Shown: positions 1 through 10,158 of the stretch, in pieces
Numbering within the stretch: position 1 is the first letter of the stretch
Layout of the letters: each line of letters begins with the position of its first letter
DNA from: a virus
Lineage: Duplodnaviria; Caudoviricetes
Length of the DNA: 64,000 nucleotides
Virus record (IMG/VR): IMGVR_UViG_3300035498_000530
Location: 128,001-192,000 of that record
Strand: one strand, 5' to 3'
Position numbers and translations under genes: made by a program
The notes under the pieces: model-generated
Told to the model about the DNA's origin: nothing
What the model saw: the letters and a program-made list of their open reading frames with translations, nothing else
The model's database searches: none

Positions 1-50
1 ATGATGTAGTAGAAACAAGACCAGACTCTGCTGCAGACTCATTATTCTAA
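1..50 (+). CDS. 3' end of upstream gene (partial, ...DVVETRPDSAADSLF*)
   Basis: Open frame ending in TAA at 48-50 with the codon style of neighbouring genes. Confidence 0.5.
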   Translation, partial: DVVETRPDSAADSLF

Positions 51-76
51 GGGATCAATCACGATCTAAGTATATA

Positions 77-88
77 AACATATTAATA
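77..88 (+). promoter_or_regulatory. Late (non-virion RNAP) promoter AACA-N6-TA
   Basis: AACA TATTAA TA; matches AR9 late consensus, upstream of structural gene. Confidence 0.65.
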
Positions 89-145
89 AAAATCTTACAT
101 TTATAAGTCCGCTGTATATGGATATAGTGTAAGAGTTAATATATT

Positions 146-202
146 ATAAATAATATTAAAGGAGGAAAATATAATGGGATTATTTTCTAAAAATGATTAT
201 AT
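146..202 (+). repeat. 57-bp perfect direct repeat, copy 1 (RBS plus first ~10 codons)
   Basis: Identical to 1445-1501. Confidence 0.95.
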
Positions 203-1445
203 TGGTTTAGGCTCTAATTATGAAGTAGCCGCTGATGAAAGTTATACATACCCGACTGGTTCTGGTAGAATTTTAGCAGAAGCAGCACAGAATGATCTTA
301 ATATGTTTAGTGCTCTTATTGCTAGAGACTTTGAAGAAGCTGCATATATCCAGGAAGGATATGGTGGCTTTAGTGTAGAAGTAATCACTGAAGGAGTAAC
401 AGGTATCTTCGGTAAGATTAAAGAACTTTTCCTTAAGCTTCTTGCTAAGATTAAGGGTCTTTTTAAGTCATTTATGGCTAAGTTTGATGCAGTAGTTATC
501 AAAGATAATAAGAAGTACTTTGATAAATACAAATCTGTTGTTAACAGTGGTAATGTAAAGTGGGATGGTTTCAAGTGCAAGTATCAGAAGCCAAAGAAAG
601 ATGTAGGTGGCCTTACTATTGCTGAAGGTGCTGCTGTTGATGTATATAATAATACTAAGTTTGGCTCTAATAAGCTTGGTTATGACGAAAGTACATATGA
701 AAAGGTATTTGAAGATGATGCTGCTCATATTGCATTCGTTAATGCTCTTACTGGTCTTAAAATTACAGAACTTGCTGATTTTGAAAAAGAATTCCATGAA
801 TCTCTTTTTGAAGATGAGGAAGAATTAGACGACACAAGTGCAGCTACTGCTAAGTCTTCTATAGAATCTATTATGATAGCTGGTGATAAGTATGGCAAGA
901 CTGTAACAAAGAATCTTGATGATTTTGATAAAGCTATCAAGAAACTTGTAAGAATTACAGAAGACCAGGCTAAGGCTATAGAAAAGATATATCCTACTGG
1001 TATTGATTATGAAAAGGGCAAAGAATCTGAAAAATCTAATTACAAAATTACAAGTACAATAGGCGGTCGTGGTGATAATACTGAATTTGATACAAGCAGT
1101 GATGATAATTCAATTAATAATAATAGATTAGCATCATATAAAGGCACGGAAGATGGTTCAAAAAATAAAGAAAAAACTGCAACAGCGGTTGGTTATAGTC
1201 TTAAAGTTGCTAATGCTTATCATAAACTTGCAGAAGTATTCCAGGTTTCTGCAACCAAGGTTCATACAGCTTATCTTAACGAACTCAAGTTTACTACAAA
1301 GCAGGCTAGAACTGTATATGCTGCTATGGTAGCACATGCATCTAGATATAAGAATAAAGTAGTAGCAGATAACTCATCTGCATTGCTTTATGTTGCACAG
1401 GAAGCAGCAGGTTATGAATTCGATTCAGATTTTGAACTTGCTTAA
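174..1445 (+). CDS. Putative internal head (virion) protein, paralog family
   Basis: AAGGAGG RBS; MGLF N-terminus; ITE-G site followed by amphipathic helix IFGKIKELFLKLLAKIK, an architecture like phiKZ-type internal head proteins. Confidence 0.65.
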   Translation: MGLFSKNDYIGLGSNYEVAADESYTYPTGSGRILAEAAQNDLNMFSALIARDFEEAAYIQEGYGGFSVEVITEGVTGIFGKIKELFLKLLAKIKGLFKSFMAKFDAVVIKDNKKYFDKYKSVVNSGNVKWDGFKCKYQKPKKDVGGLTIAEGAAVDVYNNTKFGSNKLGYDESTYEKVFEDDAAHIAFVNALTGLKITELADFEKEFHESLFEDEEELDDTSAATAKSSIESIMIAGDKYGKTVTKNLDDFDKAIKKLVRITEDQAKAIEKIYPTGIDYEKGKESEKSNYKITSTIGGRGDNTEFDTSSDDNSINNNRLASYKGTEDGSKNKEKTATAVGYSLKVANAYHKLAEVFQVSATKVHTAYLNELKFTTKQARTVYAAMVAHASRYKNKVVADNSSALLYVAQEAAGYEFDSDFELA

Positions 1446-1501
1446 TAAATAATATTAAAGGAGGAAAATATAATGGGATTATTTTCTAAAAATGATTATA
1501 T
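1445..1501 (+). repeat. 57-bp perfect direct repeat, copy 2
   Basis: Identical to 146-202. Confidence 0.95.
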
Positions 1502-2678
1502 CACAGAAGGTTATTTAAATAGTGGTATAATGAATGAAAGTATTGATACACCATCTATTTATGATGGTAGATATGACCATACAACTATGGAATCAGCATT
1601 CAGAATTGTTGCTGAAACCGAACAGAACTATACAAATATTATGAAAGCTGTTGGTGTAGAAGAACTTGCAGCTTTTGAAGAAGGCAGAGAATTTGTTCTT
1701 GAAGCAGGTTTCTTGGACAAGATTGTTTCTGTTCTTAAAGGTCTTTGGGAAAAGGTTAAAGGTCTCTTCAGAAAGTTTATTGCAGCTATTGATTCTGCAA
1801 CTAAGTCTGATAAGGACTTTATTAATAAATATAAGTCATACCTTATGAAGCCAGGTGTACTTAAAGATTTTAAGTACAAGGGCTACAAGTTTACTATTAG
1901 TCCAAATCCAACTGGTGCAATTTTGGATGATAGCAAAGCAGTAGAAGCTTCTCCATTAGCAAAACTTATAGGTACAGCTATAGCTACTGGTTCTACTGCA
2001 GCTATAGAAAGTATTCTTAATGATGATACTAAGATATCAACTATTAAGAGTACTATAACAGACTTTAATGAAAAATGGGATGATACGATTTCAGATAACT
2101 TAAGATCTGAAATTGTTACTACATTTATATCAAAAACATCTAATGCTCAGTCTACTTCATCATCTAAATCTATGGATGCAGAAGAAGCAGGAACAGCATT
2201 GTTTGAAGCTTATAGAAATGGAGATTCAGATAAAACTGAATTAGAGGGCAATGACATTGATCTCTCTGCTATTTCACTTGAACTCGGCAATTCAGCTGAA
2301 GTTAAGAAAACAGCAAATAGAATATTCAAAGATGCTCAGAAAGCATTTGATGATGCTATAAAGAAAGCAGAAAAACTTTCAAATGAGACTTTGAAGAAGA
2401 TTCCTGGTAAGGATGCTGATAAAGATAAAGCTGCTCTTGAAACACGTAAGCAGGAAGTTATAAATCAGGCTTTGAATATAATTTCAAGAGTTCTTACATT
2501 TAACAAGAATGTAAATACAGTTTGTATCAATGCATATCTTAAAGCTCTTGATGACAGATCTAAGCAGAATAAAGCTATCTGTGTAGCTCTTGTTAATAGA
2601 GGCACAAATGTTAAGACAGAAAGTGTTGATTATACATCAGCAAATGAAAGTTACTTAGGTAACGTAAAGTTAATTTAA
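1473..2678 (+). CDS. Putative internal head protein, paralog family
   Basis: Same N-terminus as 174; VLE-A then FLDKIVSVLKGLWEKVK helix; DKDFINKYK and FKYKGY shared with paralogs. Confidence 0.65.
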   Translation: MGLFSKNDYITEGYLNSGIMNESIDTPSIYDGRYDHTTMESAFRIVAETEQNYTNIMKAVGVEELAAFEEGREFVLEAGFLDKIVSVLKGLWEKVKGLFRKFIAAIDSATKSDKDFINKYKSYLMKPGVLKDFKYKGYKFTISPNPTGAILDDSKAVEASPLAKLIGTAIATGSTAAIESILNDDTKISTIKSTITDFNEKWDDTISDNLRSEIVTTFISKTSNAQSTSSSKSMDAEEAGTALFEAYRNGDSDKTELEGNDIDLSAISLELGNSAEVKKTANRIFKDAQKAFDDAIKKAEKLSNETLKKIPGKDADKDKAALETRKQEVINQALNIISRVLTFNKNVNTVCINAYLKALDDRSKQNKAICVALVNRGTNVKTESVDYTSANESYLGNVKLI

Positions 2679-2704
2679 TTATCTAAGTCCAAAATTAATA
2701 TAAC

Positions 2705-2742
2705 AATACGGATTACCTACAATGGTAATCCGTATTTTCTTT
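2705..2742 (+). terminator. Intrinsic terminator
   Basis: AATACGGATTACC/GGTAATCCGTATT stem plus T-rich tail. Confidence 0.7.
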
Positions 2743-2764
2743 ATAAAGAAAGGAGTTTTATAAG

Positions 2765-4096
2765 ATGAGTGTATTTACTAAAAGTATTGACTTTTCTACT
2801 TATAATACACCTATGAATATTACATTAGAATCAAATACAAGAAATGTATATAGTGAATCTTATTTTGCTTCTACATGTGATTTCTTAGTTGATATTAATG
2901 AGGAATACAATCATAATACAAAGGTTTTATATAAATCTTTGTTGGAATCTGGAAACGATCAAATGGTTATTACAGAATCATTTGATGAATTTTTTGATAA
3001 AGCTAAAGATATCATAGATAAGGTGATAGAGTTTATTAAGTCTCTTGTAAAGAGATTTATTACAGCTCTTAATAAGCTTATCAGTAATGATAATTATATA
3101 AAGAAACACAAAGGAGATTTTAGTCATTTTTCTAGTGATAATGATTTCTCTTTTGATGGTTACAACTATACATTCAAACCTAATATTCCATCATTAAATG
3201 CATTAGAATCATTTAGTGATGAATTTATGTTTGGTAATAGACAAGCTGCTGATAATCTTAAGAAATCATTTGAAAAAATGAATAGCCAGAATATTGAATC
3301 TAATGGCACTCATATAGCAACAGAAGAAGTTATAAATTCTCTTTCTAAATACTATCAAAAGCTTACTGAGGATCTTGAACATAATTATTATGATAGATTC
3401 CGTGGTAAAGTTCTTGATAAAGATGAACTTATAAGTTCTAATGAATATGCTAATGAGTTATTTAGTGTATATAGAGATGGTACTTCAGATACTGAAAGTA
3501 TTGATGTAAACTCTACTTATGTTCATAATTCTATAGATAGATATATGAATTATAATAAAGCTATATCAGAAATCAAGAAGTATCAGAGTAATGTAGAGAA
3601 AGAGTATAAAGCTCTTAAGAATAGTATTGAAGAAATGCAGAAGACTAACTATAAAGATGGTAAGAGTTCTGTATCAATACTCTTCCCAGGAGAAGAAACT
3701 CCTATAAATGTAACTTACTCAAATGAACTCATGAATTCAATTAATACTTGGTGTAAAGCTAAGGTTAATCAAGTTCAGGAAATAACTAATATTCATTCTT
3801 TGGCATTTTCTGCTAAGTTGGATGCTGTAAATAATTGCTACAAGCAGGATAAAGCTGTTCTTTATCAGGCTTTGAATAATATGCAGAAGACTACTAAGAT
3901 TAAAGAAGATGCTGAACTTTCATATATATTTGGAAAGAATGAACAACCAGAAATTAAGGTTTCTGATTCTTTGGTTAATTATAAAGATAAAGGAGAATTA
4001 TATGATACTCCTTTGAGGGATGATGATATTAAAGAAAAAGAACCTGCGAGAATATCACAATTTTCAAGTCTTATTAAAGATTTGAAACTTAAATAA
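2765..4096 (+). CDS. Putative internal head protein, paralog family
   Basis: ITE-S then FFDKAKDIIDKVIEFIK helix; DNYIKKHK and FDGYNY similar to neighbours. Confidence 0.6.
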   Translation: MSVFTKSIDFSTYNTPMNITLESNTRNVYSESYFASTCDFLVDINEEYNHNTKVLYKSLLESGNDQMVITESFDEFFDKAKDIIDKVIEFIKSLVKRFITALNKLISNDNYIKKHKGDFSHFSSDNDFSFDGYNYTFKPNIPSLNALESFSDEFMFGNRQAADNLKKSFEKMNSQNIESNGTHIATEEVINSLSKYYQKLTEDLEHNYYDRFRGKVLDKDELISSNEYANELFSVYRDGTSDTESIDVNSTYVHNSIDRYMNYNKAISEIKKYQSNVEKEYKALKNSIEEMQKTNYKDGKSSVSILFPGEETPINVTYSNELMNSINTWCKAKVNQVQEITNIHSLAFSAKLDAVNNCYKQDKAVLYQALNNMQKTTKIKEDAELSYIFGKNEQPEIKVSDSLVNYKDKGELYDTPLRDDDIKEKEPARISQFSSLIKDLKLK

Positions 4097-4111
4097 TTGG
4101 AGGTGTGAATT

Positions 4112-5830
4112 GTGGTAGATTCAAGTTATTATACAACTAAATCATCATACTTCCGTTTGATGTCAGAAAGAGCTATTCAGGATAATAATATGAAAAAGTT
4201 CTTTTCAGCATGTGAAATAGTAATGGAAGGTTATGATAGTATAGATATATTGAATGAAGGTGTTGGTGACAATCTTAAGAATGGTTGGAACAAATTCATT
4301 CAGTTCATAAAAGAAACATTTGCTAAGTTTAATGAGTCTTTATCAAATCTTTTTAACAGTGAAAAAGGTTGGTTAGATCAGTATAAAGATATTATTCTTA
4401 AGAAAAGACCAGATGAAAATATATCATTTGATGATTTTCCAGCATATGATATAGGTATACAGAGAATTAGTAGAGCAACTGTTCCTCTGTTTAATCCAGA
4501 TAGCGATGCAGAAATATTGAAAGATTCAGAAAGTTTTCTTAAGCATATATGCCCTAATATAGGAGAAAGTATGAATACTTTATTCCCAGAAGGCGTAGAT
4601 AAGAATACTAGTTCTGGTCTTACTACATACTTCAAAGGTGGAGAACCAAGACAAGGTGTAAAAATAACAGATCTTAATATGACTGACTTGTGGAATTTCT
4701 GTTATAATTATAAGACCCTTGCTAGCTATATTGAAAAAGATAATAAAGCTATTACATCAAGTGTAAATAATGCTAATAAAGCAATAACTGATGCTATTAG
4801 TAATCTTGATGAGAAGGATAAAGCTACTACAACAGAGCAACCTAAAGGTTCTGGCACAGATAATAAAACTGAAGAAGAAAATAAAGATGAAAATCAAGTT
4901 GATGAAAAAACTAGTGCAGAAGAAAAAAGTAAACTTGAGACTCAAATAAATAATGTACCAGATCCAGTAGATGATAATACATATAATTCTGCAAATACAC
5001 AAACAGAAGAAATATCAACAACATTTAATAATTCAAAAACAAAAATGACTGATGCTGATAAAAAGTCAATTATAACCAAATTCAAGAATTTGATAGATAA
5101 AATCAATAAAAATAAGTATATGACTGAAAAGAAAAAAACTTTGTCTGTTAAAAATGTATCAGAATCAGTATTGTATGCTTATGACGTTATTAATGAAGAT
5201 ATCAAGAAAACTCCAAATTCTACATCATCTTCATCTGCTCAAAGCACGGGTGTTTATTCGGATAAAACCACATCTGCTAATAAACAGAATATTGGAAATA
5301 CAATAGAAGATAGAAAAGCTAATGCAAATAACGCTGCAAATAATAATGGTGGTGATAAAGCAAAAGCTGTTGATGAAATTACAAATAAACTTAATATATA
5401 TCAGAAATGTGCTCAAGATGTTATGGTTGCAAAATCTTCTGCAATACAGACTATATTTAAAGATTATATGACTGTAATGAGGGAGCATGTAAGATCTATT
5501 GTTGGTAAAGAAGACCAGACAGCAAATGTAGCTCAACAGGCATCTACCAATACTGCTGATACTTCTAGATATTCACAAGCTAGATTTGATGATATAAAGA
5601 GAGTTAAGAATGCATACGATGCTGCAGATCCATCCAACAAGGATGATAAGAGTACAAAACTTACACAGTATGCTGATACTGTAAAGAAAATATATGGTAC
5701 TGATGCTTGGAATAAGAGATTTGCAGAATTGGGTAAAGATAGTGAAAGAACAGCTAATTACTTCGCTAATTCTTTCTTAAATGGTTATAATAAAGCAAAC
5801 AATTCTACAGTATCTTGGGATAATAAGTAA
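4112..5830 (+). CDS. Putative internal head protein with low-complexity insertions
   Basis: GTG start after GGAGGTG; LNE-G then WNKFIQFIKETFAKF helix; KGWLDQYK. Confidence 0.6.
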   Translation: MVDSSYYTTKSSYFRLMSERAIQDNNMKKFFSACEIVMEGYDSIDILNEGVGDNLKNGWNKFIQFIKETFAKFNESLSNLFNSEKGWLDQYKDIILKKRPDENISFDDFPAYDIGIQRISRATVPLFNPDSDAEILKDSESFLKHICPNIGESMNTLFPEGVDKNTSSGLTTYFKGGEPRQGVKITDLNMTDLWNFCYNYKTLASYIEKDNKAITSSVNNANKAITDAISNLDEKDKATTTEQPKGSGTDNKTEEENKDENQVDEKTSAEEKSKLETQINNVPDPVDDNTYNSANTQTEEISTTFNNSKTKMTDADKKSIITKFKNLIDKINKNKYMTEKKKTLSVKNVSESVLYAYDVINEDIKKTPNSTSSSSAQSTGVYSDKTTSANKQNIGNTIEDRKANANNAANNNGGDKAKAVDEITNKLNIYQKCAQDVMVAKSSAIQTIFKDYMTVMREHVRSIVGKEDQTANVAQQASTNTADTSRYSQARFDDIKRVKNAYDAADPSNKDDKSTKLTQYADTVKKIYGTDAWNKRFAELGKDSERTANYFANSFLNGYNKANNSTVSWDNK

Positions 5831-5875
5831 AAATAATTCCGAAGGGTAATAACTACCCTTCGGATATCTTTTTCT
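5830..5875. terminator. Bidirectional terminator between convergent genes
   Basis: TCCGAAGGGTA/TACCCTTCGGA stem flanked by A and T tracts. Confidence 0.7.
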
Positions 5876-7201
5876 TTATAGTAGACTATCTAAATCAAGA
5901 TCTGAATTTCCAAATAACCTGTTTATTATTATAGTATTCTTATCTGCATCTTCTCTAGAACTTTCTATTAACTTTTCTGGATCTACTCTAGATAAATCTA
6001 GCATAGCATTACACATAAATAGATCTGTTCCTTCTTTGATGAATAATTCTCTTTTTCTTGTTAGAATATATACACCATTAGTATCCAAATGTGCTGCATT
6101 GTATACCACATACTGTAAATTTGGATTTAATACTGATACATCTACATCATTCTTATTAATAGATAAAGTAACAGCAGAATGTTCTATTGATGATGTAATA
6201 TTTTTAACAGCATTAGGGTTACTTTGCCTAATTCTTATACTCTGAGATTTAGAATCTGAAGTATAAGAACTACTATTTATATTCTCTAATGAAGTTGATG
6301 ATTTGGATCCTTGAGTATCAACAGAATCAATTTGATTGAATTTCTTTTCTGTTGTATTATCTTTCTGGATCTGAGAATCTTGGAAACTTACATACATATA
6401 GTATCCATTATTCTTTTCAGCCAAACCAACTATATTAGAGTTTACATCTAACGCAGTTTTACCAATATCAACTATAACTCTATCATGTATATCATTTTTC
6501 TTTTTTGTAGCCACACCTGAACTACTAAGGATATATGTCATATCCTTATCGACAAAATATCTATAGTTAGTATTATAGAATACTCTATTACTATTAAGAT
6601 ATTCTATAATAGCAGCCACGCTATCAGTTGGAGGTATTATCAATTGAGATATATTTGTATCATATAACAAAGGCTCAAGTAATACATCCATATGAGAAGT
6701 TGCAGTATATATAGCATTAGTCATAGTAGTATTTACTAATACTGTACTTATAGTTTTTTTATTCTTATTTACTATATTAAGCTGAAGTAAACCTATCTGA
6801 ACATCTTTGAATAAGTCTTCTCTATCTGCTTCACTTCCAGAATACTGCATTTCTGTATCTACATTACCGGATTCTGATTTAATCATATATATGAACTGTT
6901 CTTGGAAATATATTTCATCTAATTCAACATCTGCACTATTGTTGAATTTATATACAGTCATATTAATAAGATTATCAGAAGCATTATCTACCATATCTTT
7001 AATAAGCTTCTGATCCAAACTTGCAGATACATAAATCTGAGGCATATTGGCATTACTAGAGTATGCATAATCTATACATACACTTTTTACGCATATTGGG
7101 AGAATCTGTGTAGATTCTCCTGTTTTTGTATTTACATACAACAAGTCAATTTTATATTTATAGGTACTAGTATCTAATTCTAAATCATTAGTTAAAGACA
7201 T
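5876..7201 (-). CDS. Virion structural protein, possibly baseplate hub-like
   Basis: Beta-rich ORF; GAGGTG RBS favours start at 7201; late promoter upstream. Confidence 0.45.
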   Translation of the reverse strand: MSLTNDLELDTSTYKYKIDLLYVNTKTGESTQILPICVKSVCIDYAYSSNANMPQIYVSASLDQKLIKDMVDNASDNLINMTVYKFNNSADVELDEIYFQEQFIYMIKSESGNVDTEMQYSGSEADREDLFKDVQIGLLQLNIVNKNKKTISTVLVNTTMTNAIYTATSHMDVLLEPLLYDTNISQLIIPPTDSVAAIIEYLNSNRVFYNTNYRYFVDKDMTYILSSSGVATKKKNDIHDRVIVDIGKTALDVNSNIVGLAEKNNGYYMYVSFQDSQIQKDNTTEKKFNQIDSVDTQGSKSSTSLENINSSSYTSDSKSQSIRIRQSNPNAVKNITSSIEHSAVTLSINKNDVDVSVLNPNLQYVVYNAAHLDTNGVYILTRKRELFIKEGTDLFMCNAMLDLSRVDPEKLIESSREDADKNTIIINRLFGNSDLDLDSLL

Positions 7202-7246
7202 ATAAATCACCTCTTAAACAAAAAATAAAGGTAGTGGGTTTACCAC

Positions 7247-7258
7247 TACCTAAATGTT
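7247..7258 (-). promoter_or_regulatory. Late promoter AACA-N6-TA overlapping a terminator hairpin
   Basis: AACA TTTAGG TA on minus strand; GGTAGTGG/CCACTACC stem. Confidence 0.55.
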
Positions 7259-7264
7259 GTCCTA

Positions 7265-8344
7265 TTATAATCGTATAAGATCAATAGGATTATTTCTAAA
7301 GTATTTATCATTTATCTCATTAAGACTCTTAGGATCATACAAATCTATAATTGGATCTATACTACTTAATGGGCTATTAGAAAACATAAGTTCTTGAATT
7401 TTAGCAGAAAAAGCAAAATAGTTCTGCTGTATTTTCAAAGCTGTTTCTGAGTCTGCCAATCCTGGTTTAATTAGGAAGTCATTAATCGTATTTTCGTTAA
7501 AAAAGTGCTTATTAAGTAAAGTTCCATTCATTATACCATTTTCGATCATTTTTAATGTCTTTTTGATATTGAATGTACATTTTATAGATCTCTTATCATA
7601 TCCATTCATAGCCATAACTAATGGTATTAATTCTAATGATATACTATTCTTAGAAGTATCAGTTAATACTCCTTTCTTATATACATAATAGAATTCAGAA
7701 AATTTTGTTTCTCTTTGAGATACAAGAGTTGATATATCTGAAGCTCCACTATAATCAAATACTTTATCTGGATATAACATTATTCCTTTATTGTAAAATG
7801 CTGGAATTTGTGCTACTAAAGCATCTCTACTTACAATCAATGATGGAACATTATATCTATTACAGTAGTGTAATATTACTGCAGAAGATTCAAACTCTTC
7901 TGATTCAGTATTTATAAGATATATTCCTGGAACGTATTTGATAAGACTCTTTAATAGTTCCATATTCTGCTTTATATTATTAAGCAATCTTTGATTATAC
8001 TGTACTCTTTTTATATAATCAGAATTATAATCCATACAATATGATTTGCATGTATTATATATACCTTGATATGATGCTACTATAAAACATCTTGTATTTA
8101 CTCCCAAATTGTTAAATATGCATTTATAATGAATACAAGCATTTATCAATCCAGAACAAATCTCTGTGCTTTCATATATAGTAAAGTTTATTCTATTTAA
8201 TAATGATCTGAATATTGATGCAGCATCAATATAAATATCTACATCATTACCAGTCATCTCACTAAATCCCATATAAATTAAATCATTCAATAGATTATAT
8301 TTAGTCAGATAAAGCAGAATAGTATTCTGAATCCCTGCTTTCAT
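7265..8344 (-). CDS. Hypothetical protein, possible divergent 5'-3' exonuclease/RNase H (PIN/FEN fold)
   Basis: IYIDAAS, FESSAVI, IVSRDAL and MNGYDKRSI spaced like FEN-family motifs; start moved using GGAG RBS. Confidence 0.4.
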   Translation of the reverse strand: MKAGIQNTILLYLTKYNLLNDLIYMGFSEMTGNDVDIYIDAASIFRSLLNRINFTIYESTEICSGLINACIHYKCIFNNLGVNTRCFIVASYQGIYNTCKSYCMDYNSDYIKRVQYNQRLLNNIKQNMELLKSLIKYVPGIYLINTESEEFESSAVILHYCNRYNVPSLIVSRDALVAQIPAFYNKGIMLYPDKVFDYSGASDISTLVSQRETKFSEFYYVYKKGVLTDTSKNSISLELIPLVMAMNGYDKRSIKCTFNIKKTLKMIENGIMNGTLLNKHFFNENTINDFLIKPGLADSETALKIQQNYFAFSAKIQELMFSNSPLSSIDPIIDLYDPKSLNEINDKYFRNNPIDLIRL

Positions 8345-8729
8345 TTGATGGATCATCTCCTTCTGATAAGTACTGATTGAATTCGCTTTCCTTTTCAATC
8401 GGTTTTTCTTTACATTCTGTACAATAATTCCTATGTCCTATTAAGACATGTCTTAATGCTTTAAGACAATCTTCACATATAGGAATTCTTATATTCTCTA
8501 CATTAGCTTTAAACTCAGTATCGCATATAATACAATTTGATACTAATCCTTTATCATGTATTGGTAATTGAGAATATAAACAAGTTTCAAATGTACAACT
8601 TCCTTCAGATTCCCATTTAGTGTGCAAATGACAATTTGGATTAGGACACTCATCAAATGCAACGTCTTCTTCTGTTACAACTTTAGTTCCTAATCCGGTA
8701 CTTCCTTTGATCATATCTTCAAAAGCCAT
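8301..8729 (-). CDS. Cys-rich zinc-finger protein
   Basis: CPNPNC, CTFETC, CIIC, CEDC, CTEC. Confidence 0.6.
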   Translation of the reverse strand: MAFEDMIKGSTGLGTKVVTEEDVAFDECPNPNCHLHTKWESEGSCTFETCLYSQLPIHDKGLVSNCIICDTEFKANVENIRIPICEDCLKALRHVLIGHRNYCTECKEKPIEKESEFNQYLSEGDDPSNESRDSEYYSALSD

Positions 8730-8734
8730 AATTA

Positions 8735-9079
8735 TCACCCCAATATCTTTCTAGGATCATAATAATCCTCTTCTTCCATATCTTCTTCATCTCTAGCATT
8801 TAAAGCATCTAATAAAGTAGCTGTATTACCATAGCCTTCTTTTACAAGAGCTTCTGCTAATTCATGAGGACCTTCTTCTGTTAAGAATGTAACACCTTTA
8901 CCTGGGCGTTCTCCTTCTTTAGTAGAAGTCCATCTTCTTAACTCAAGTTTATAATCATTATCAAACCACTTTACTTTTCTAAGTGCAAGATAGTTTGATC
9001 CTTTCTCATCTACAATTAGATTTACTCCATTCTCATCTATAGAGAATGTGAAATCCATATCATTACTTTTATCTCTCAT
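8735..9079 (-). CDS. PC4/YdbC-family ssDNA-binding protein
   Basis: LRKVKW..KLELRRW...GKGVTFLTEE signature, acidic tail. Confidence 0.8.
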   Translation of the reverse strand: MRDKSNDMDFTFSIDENGVNLIVDEKGSNYLALRKVKWFDNDYKLELRRWTSTKEGERPGKGVTFLTEEGPHELAEALVKEGYGNTATLLDALNARDEEDMEEEDYYDPRKILG

Positions 9080-9098
9080 TTATATTACCTCCATTAGT

Positions 9099-9133
9099 AA
9101 AAAATAAAAGAGTGCAGAATAAATCCGCACTCT
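9099..9133 (-). terminator. Intrinsic terminator
   Basis: AGAGTGC/GCACTCT stem with T tract on minus strand. Confidence 0.6.
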
Positions 9134-9140
9134 AATTATT

Positions 9141-10040
9141 TTAACGTTTATTGTACTGATACTGACTGAATCTATCGTTTGCTCTATTCTGAGGCAAGCT
9201 GCGTTCAAAATGTGCTATTGCTATAGGATCAGCTTTCAAAATTTCAATAAGCTGATCTCCTGTAACGCAATCAATTCTATTCATAAAATGAGCATCATAC
9301 ACATAATTTTCAGTTTTTGATCTGTACTTATTTCCCTTATTATACATAAATTTTAAAAACAGATTAAGATTTATGCTATTAACAACAGATTCTATATCTC
9401 TTCTTCCAAAATCACCATTAGAAGAATACTCATAATAGTATCCACTACCTATTTTGAGTTTTCCATCTTCTACTGATTGACCTTCTGTTCTAAAATAGAA
9501 ATTTTCAGTAATTCCCTCTTTTCTGCTTTCATTAATTATGAATTTCGTAAAGAAAACTTCAGCATATTCTGTTAATTTGTGGCTAATAGAATTACACACA
9601 TCACCATTATTAGCTACAGTTACATAAGCTTCTCCACTATTTCCAGTCGGAATTGCATTTTTGATTGATTCTATAGCATATACTGCATCTGAGTCTTTAC
9701 TTTTTTGATTTTCATCTATAGGACCAAACTTAAATTCTACCATCAAGTTATTAGTACTTGTAGTATTAGGAGGATAAATATGAGCTCCTAAAAAATCTTT
9801 AAACAATCCTGACATAAATTTATTTATGTCAGCTGTAAGATCACTTAATTGCATAAAAGAAGATCCTTTCAGAATTATTAAATCCATAGGATCTTCTACC
9901 ATATTATCGATATCATCTTGAATTGATTTATCGATTTTATGAGGCTGAATAACTGATGTTGGTTTTTCCAACACTGGTCTCTGGTTGTTTCTAAACCTAT
10001 CAATTTCTTTTTCCTTTTTTCTCCATACGCCTGATATCAT
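9141..10040 (-). CDS. Hypothetical protein
   Basis: 299-aa ORF with AAAGGAG RBS; both promoter types upstream. Confidence 0.75.
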   Translation of the reverse strand: MISGVWRKKEKEIDRFRNNQRPVLEKPTSVIQPHKIDKSIQDDIDNMVEDPMDLIILKGSSFMQLSDLTADINKFMSGLFKDFLGAHIYPPNTTSTNNLMVEFKFGPIDENQKSKDSDAVYAIESIKNAIPTGNSGEAYVTVANNGDVCNSISHKLTEYAEVFFTKFIINESRKEGITENFYFRTEGQSVEDGKLKIGSGYYYEYSSNGDFGRRDIESVVNSINLNLFLKFMYNKGNKYRSKTENYVYDAHFMNRIDCVTGDQLIEILKADPIAIAHFERSLPQNRANDRFSQYQYNKR

Positions 10041-10077
10041 AATGCAGGTCTCCTTTCATTGTTTAGTATATTATTTT

Positions 10078-10141
10078 TAAGTAAATGTTTTCAATACAGT
10101 ATAATTTAACAATACTGTCTTGAATCAATATAATAATATAT
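10078..10141 (-). promoter_or_regulatory. Tandem early (10126-10141) and late (10078-10089) promoters
   Basis: ATATATTATTATATTG and AACA TTTACT TA on minus strand. Confidence 0.5.
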
Positions 10142-10158
10142 TATCAAGATAATTTTTA

